From: Mobula hypostoma
Lineage: Eukaryota
Direction: 5' to 3'
Assembly (NCBI RefSeq): GCF_963921235.1
Contig: NC_086097.1
Coordinates: 37,574,001-37,638,000 of the forward strand
Length of the DNA: 64,000 nt
The notes under the pieces are model-generated. The model had not been told where the DNA came from. It made no database searches and saw only the letters and a list, made by a program, of their open reading frames with translations. Shown here in pieces: positions 62,076 through 64,000 of this stretch. Positions within the stretch are counted from its first letter, which is position 1. Every line of letters begins with the position of its first letter. A program made the position numbers and the translations under genes.

Positions 62076-64000
62076 TTAAATTCAATGGCAATAGTGACTC
62101 TAATTAGTTTATCAAAATATATTTAAACTAGTTTTAACTGAAACATAGCAGCAATATCGTGAATAAAACAGGCTTGAAAAAGTCAAATGATATCTTGAAT
62201 ATCTCTACTAATGACACTGACCAGAATTTCCGAATTTGTCACATTGTACAATGGGCAGCTCACTTGGGAGATACCCATTACAAAATTCAACCTTAATCTA
62301 ATTTTAATTTGAAATCTGAAGTTGAAAAGTGTAAAGGATCAAAATTCATAAAAGCTAGGGCTGGAATTTTTCAGTTTTAAGTACAAAAAGCAAAAAAATC
62401 ACCCTAAACCCCACTGTGATTTTTCCCACAAATGATAACACCTCACACCAGCACAGGAACAATCTGGAATTTATACTTGTTTCCAGAAAGTTGCACATGA
62501 TTTCTAAACACATGGATTATCCAGTATGTCCCTGGTCAGAGGTCTTGTGATGGAAAAAAACAGAAGAGTAAAAGTGGAGACTTCAATGGTTTGAAAGAAC
62601 AAAATGAGTACAATAATATTAGAGAAAATGAAGTGGTTGAATAATGAAGAATTTCACTCCAAAGTTGTATCACCTTACATAAACCATGAATGGCCTCCAG
62701 TATTCAACCAAGCAGCAACTGTCGCAGTGAACAAAACACATCAGAACATTGTAACTAACAGGATTACTTTCAATGCTAATGTCATTTCCTGGCATGTTAG
62801 TAAATAAACTCGCTTCAGTTCCTCTGCTTATTTGAACAAATTGCAAAGATAAATAACCTCCTTACCTTCTTAAAAGAAGTTAAGGCCAATCTTCATATGC
62901 ACATTCCTCTAAAATAGGTCCAAGAAGATTTCAAATCCAATCATTATTATTAGTCAGAGACGTAAAGTTCATTTATCTTATTCACTTAATTTTTCATTCA
63001 ATCCATGAATTTTAACCAATTTTGAAATTGAAAAATGGAAAAAAATGCAAAAAGCATGTCATCACTGAGTCAATACTAAAAACAAAAAATTCCAGCCCAG
63101 CAATAACTAACTCTAGGATATACAATTATTCCCAAGCCATTGGAATTAATAAAACCTGTGCAATATCCTTTTAGTTTATTTAAAAAATTTGTAAGATCAG
63201 TATCAACCATCCTTGTCTTAAAACTTGTGTTCTACCTAAGGGAGCATTTCATATAAATAGCTTATAGACACCTTTTAATTTTTCGTACAAAACAATTAAA
63301 TATTACTTCAGGAGTAATGTTTATTATCCCAAGTCTATAACTACAAATTGCACAAATAAAATAATGAACCTACTGAAATCACAATATTGTGAAAAGGCAA
63401 TTTGTTACTTGGGGTGGCTGCTCTAACAACATACTACTAGATTCAATTTAATTAGAGAGACTGAGTTTAATAGCCTATTCAAATTCATCACAGTAATGGG
63501 GAAAAACTGTCAAGTCCACACTATGCAGAATTACTCTGGCATTACTGGCTGTTGTTGAAAATTACATGGATTTGAAAATCCTGTAATGCCTTACAATAAA
63601 CATGCATCTGGACCACACAACTTAAGGAAAAATGAGAGAGGGATTAAAATGTCACTTCTAAAGCAACTTCAATTAATAATTTGACAATATATGCTCTATG
63701 AAGTTTCAACACTTAGGGAGGAAAATTTATGCATTTCAGCACATTTTTCTTTGCAACTTATTGCAAAATTATAGCCACCATGATAAAAAGTTAAAATAAA
63801 CATCCTCAAGACTGATTACTGAGTCTTTCATAACAAGATATCACTACTCTAAAAATACATTAAAAATAAAGCCTTTTTTTAAATCATCTTTAGAATTCCA
63901 ATCTGCTTAAACTCTGTATAATACAAATTTCAAGAATTACAAAAAGAAATTTGCTTTGAATAGATCAAAGGAATCCAATGCACAAGATACAAAGACTATG

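Noticed and set aside
1..64000. CRISPR arrays, rRNA, true tRNA genes, prokaryotic operons
   Set aside because: None seen; tRNA-like boxes are SINE heads and the sequence looks like vertebrate intronic or intergenic DNA.

Overview
AT-rich, repeat-dense vertebrate DNA with no complete host gene. The CR1 LINEs with (CATAGAAA)n tails, HE1-like and Deu-domain SINEs and Penelope families suggest a cartilaginous fish, probably a ray (inference). Almost every long ORF in the track is transposon-derived: CR1, Rex1/Babar, RTE, L1, Penelope-like, Gypsy, Tc1, pogo/Tigger-like and hAT. The best-supported structures are a complete IR/DR Tc1 relic (1394-2935); a pogo-like element (7559-10721) holding a twin-primed L1 with a 15-bp TSD and a CR1 fragment; two near-identical CR1 RT copies in inverted orientation about 14 kb apart (6011-7455, 21789-23264); an in-frame CR1 endonuclease/Gypsy zinc-knuckle chimaera (junction near 28099); and hammerhead-ribozyme cores in Penelope termini (56.8-61.7 kb). 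Several small minus-strand exon candidates in unique sequence hint at a large intron-rich host gene that I cannot identify. I see no convincing novel system beyond these, and coordinates of old degraded repeats are approximate.
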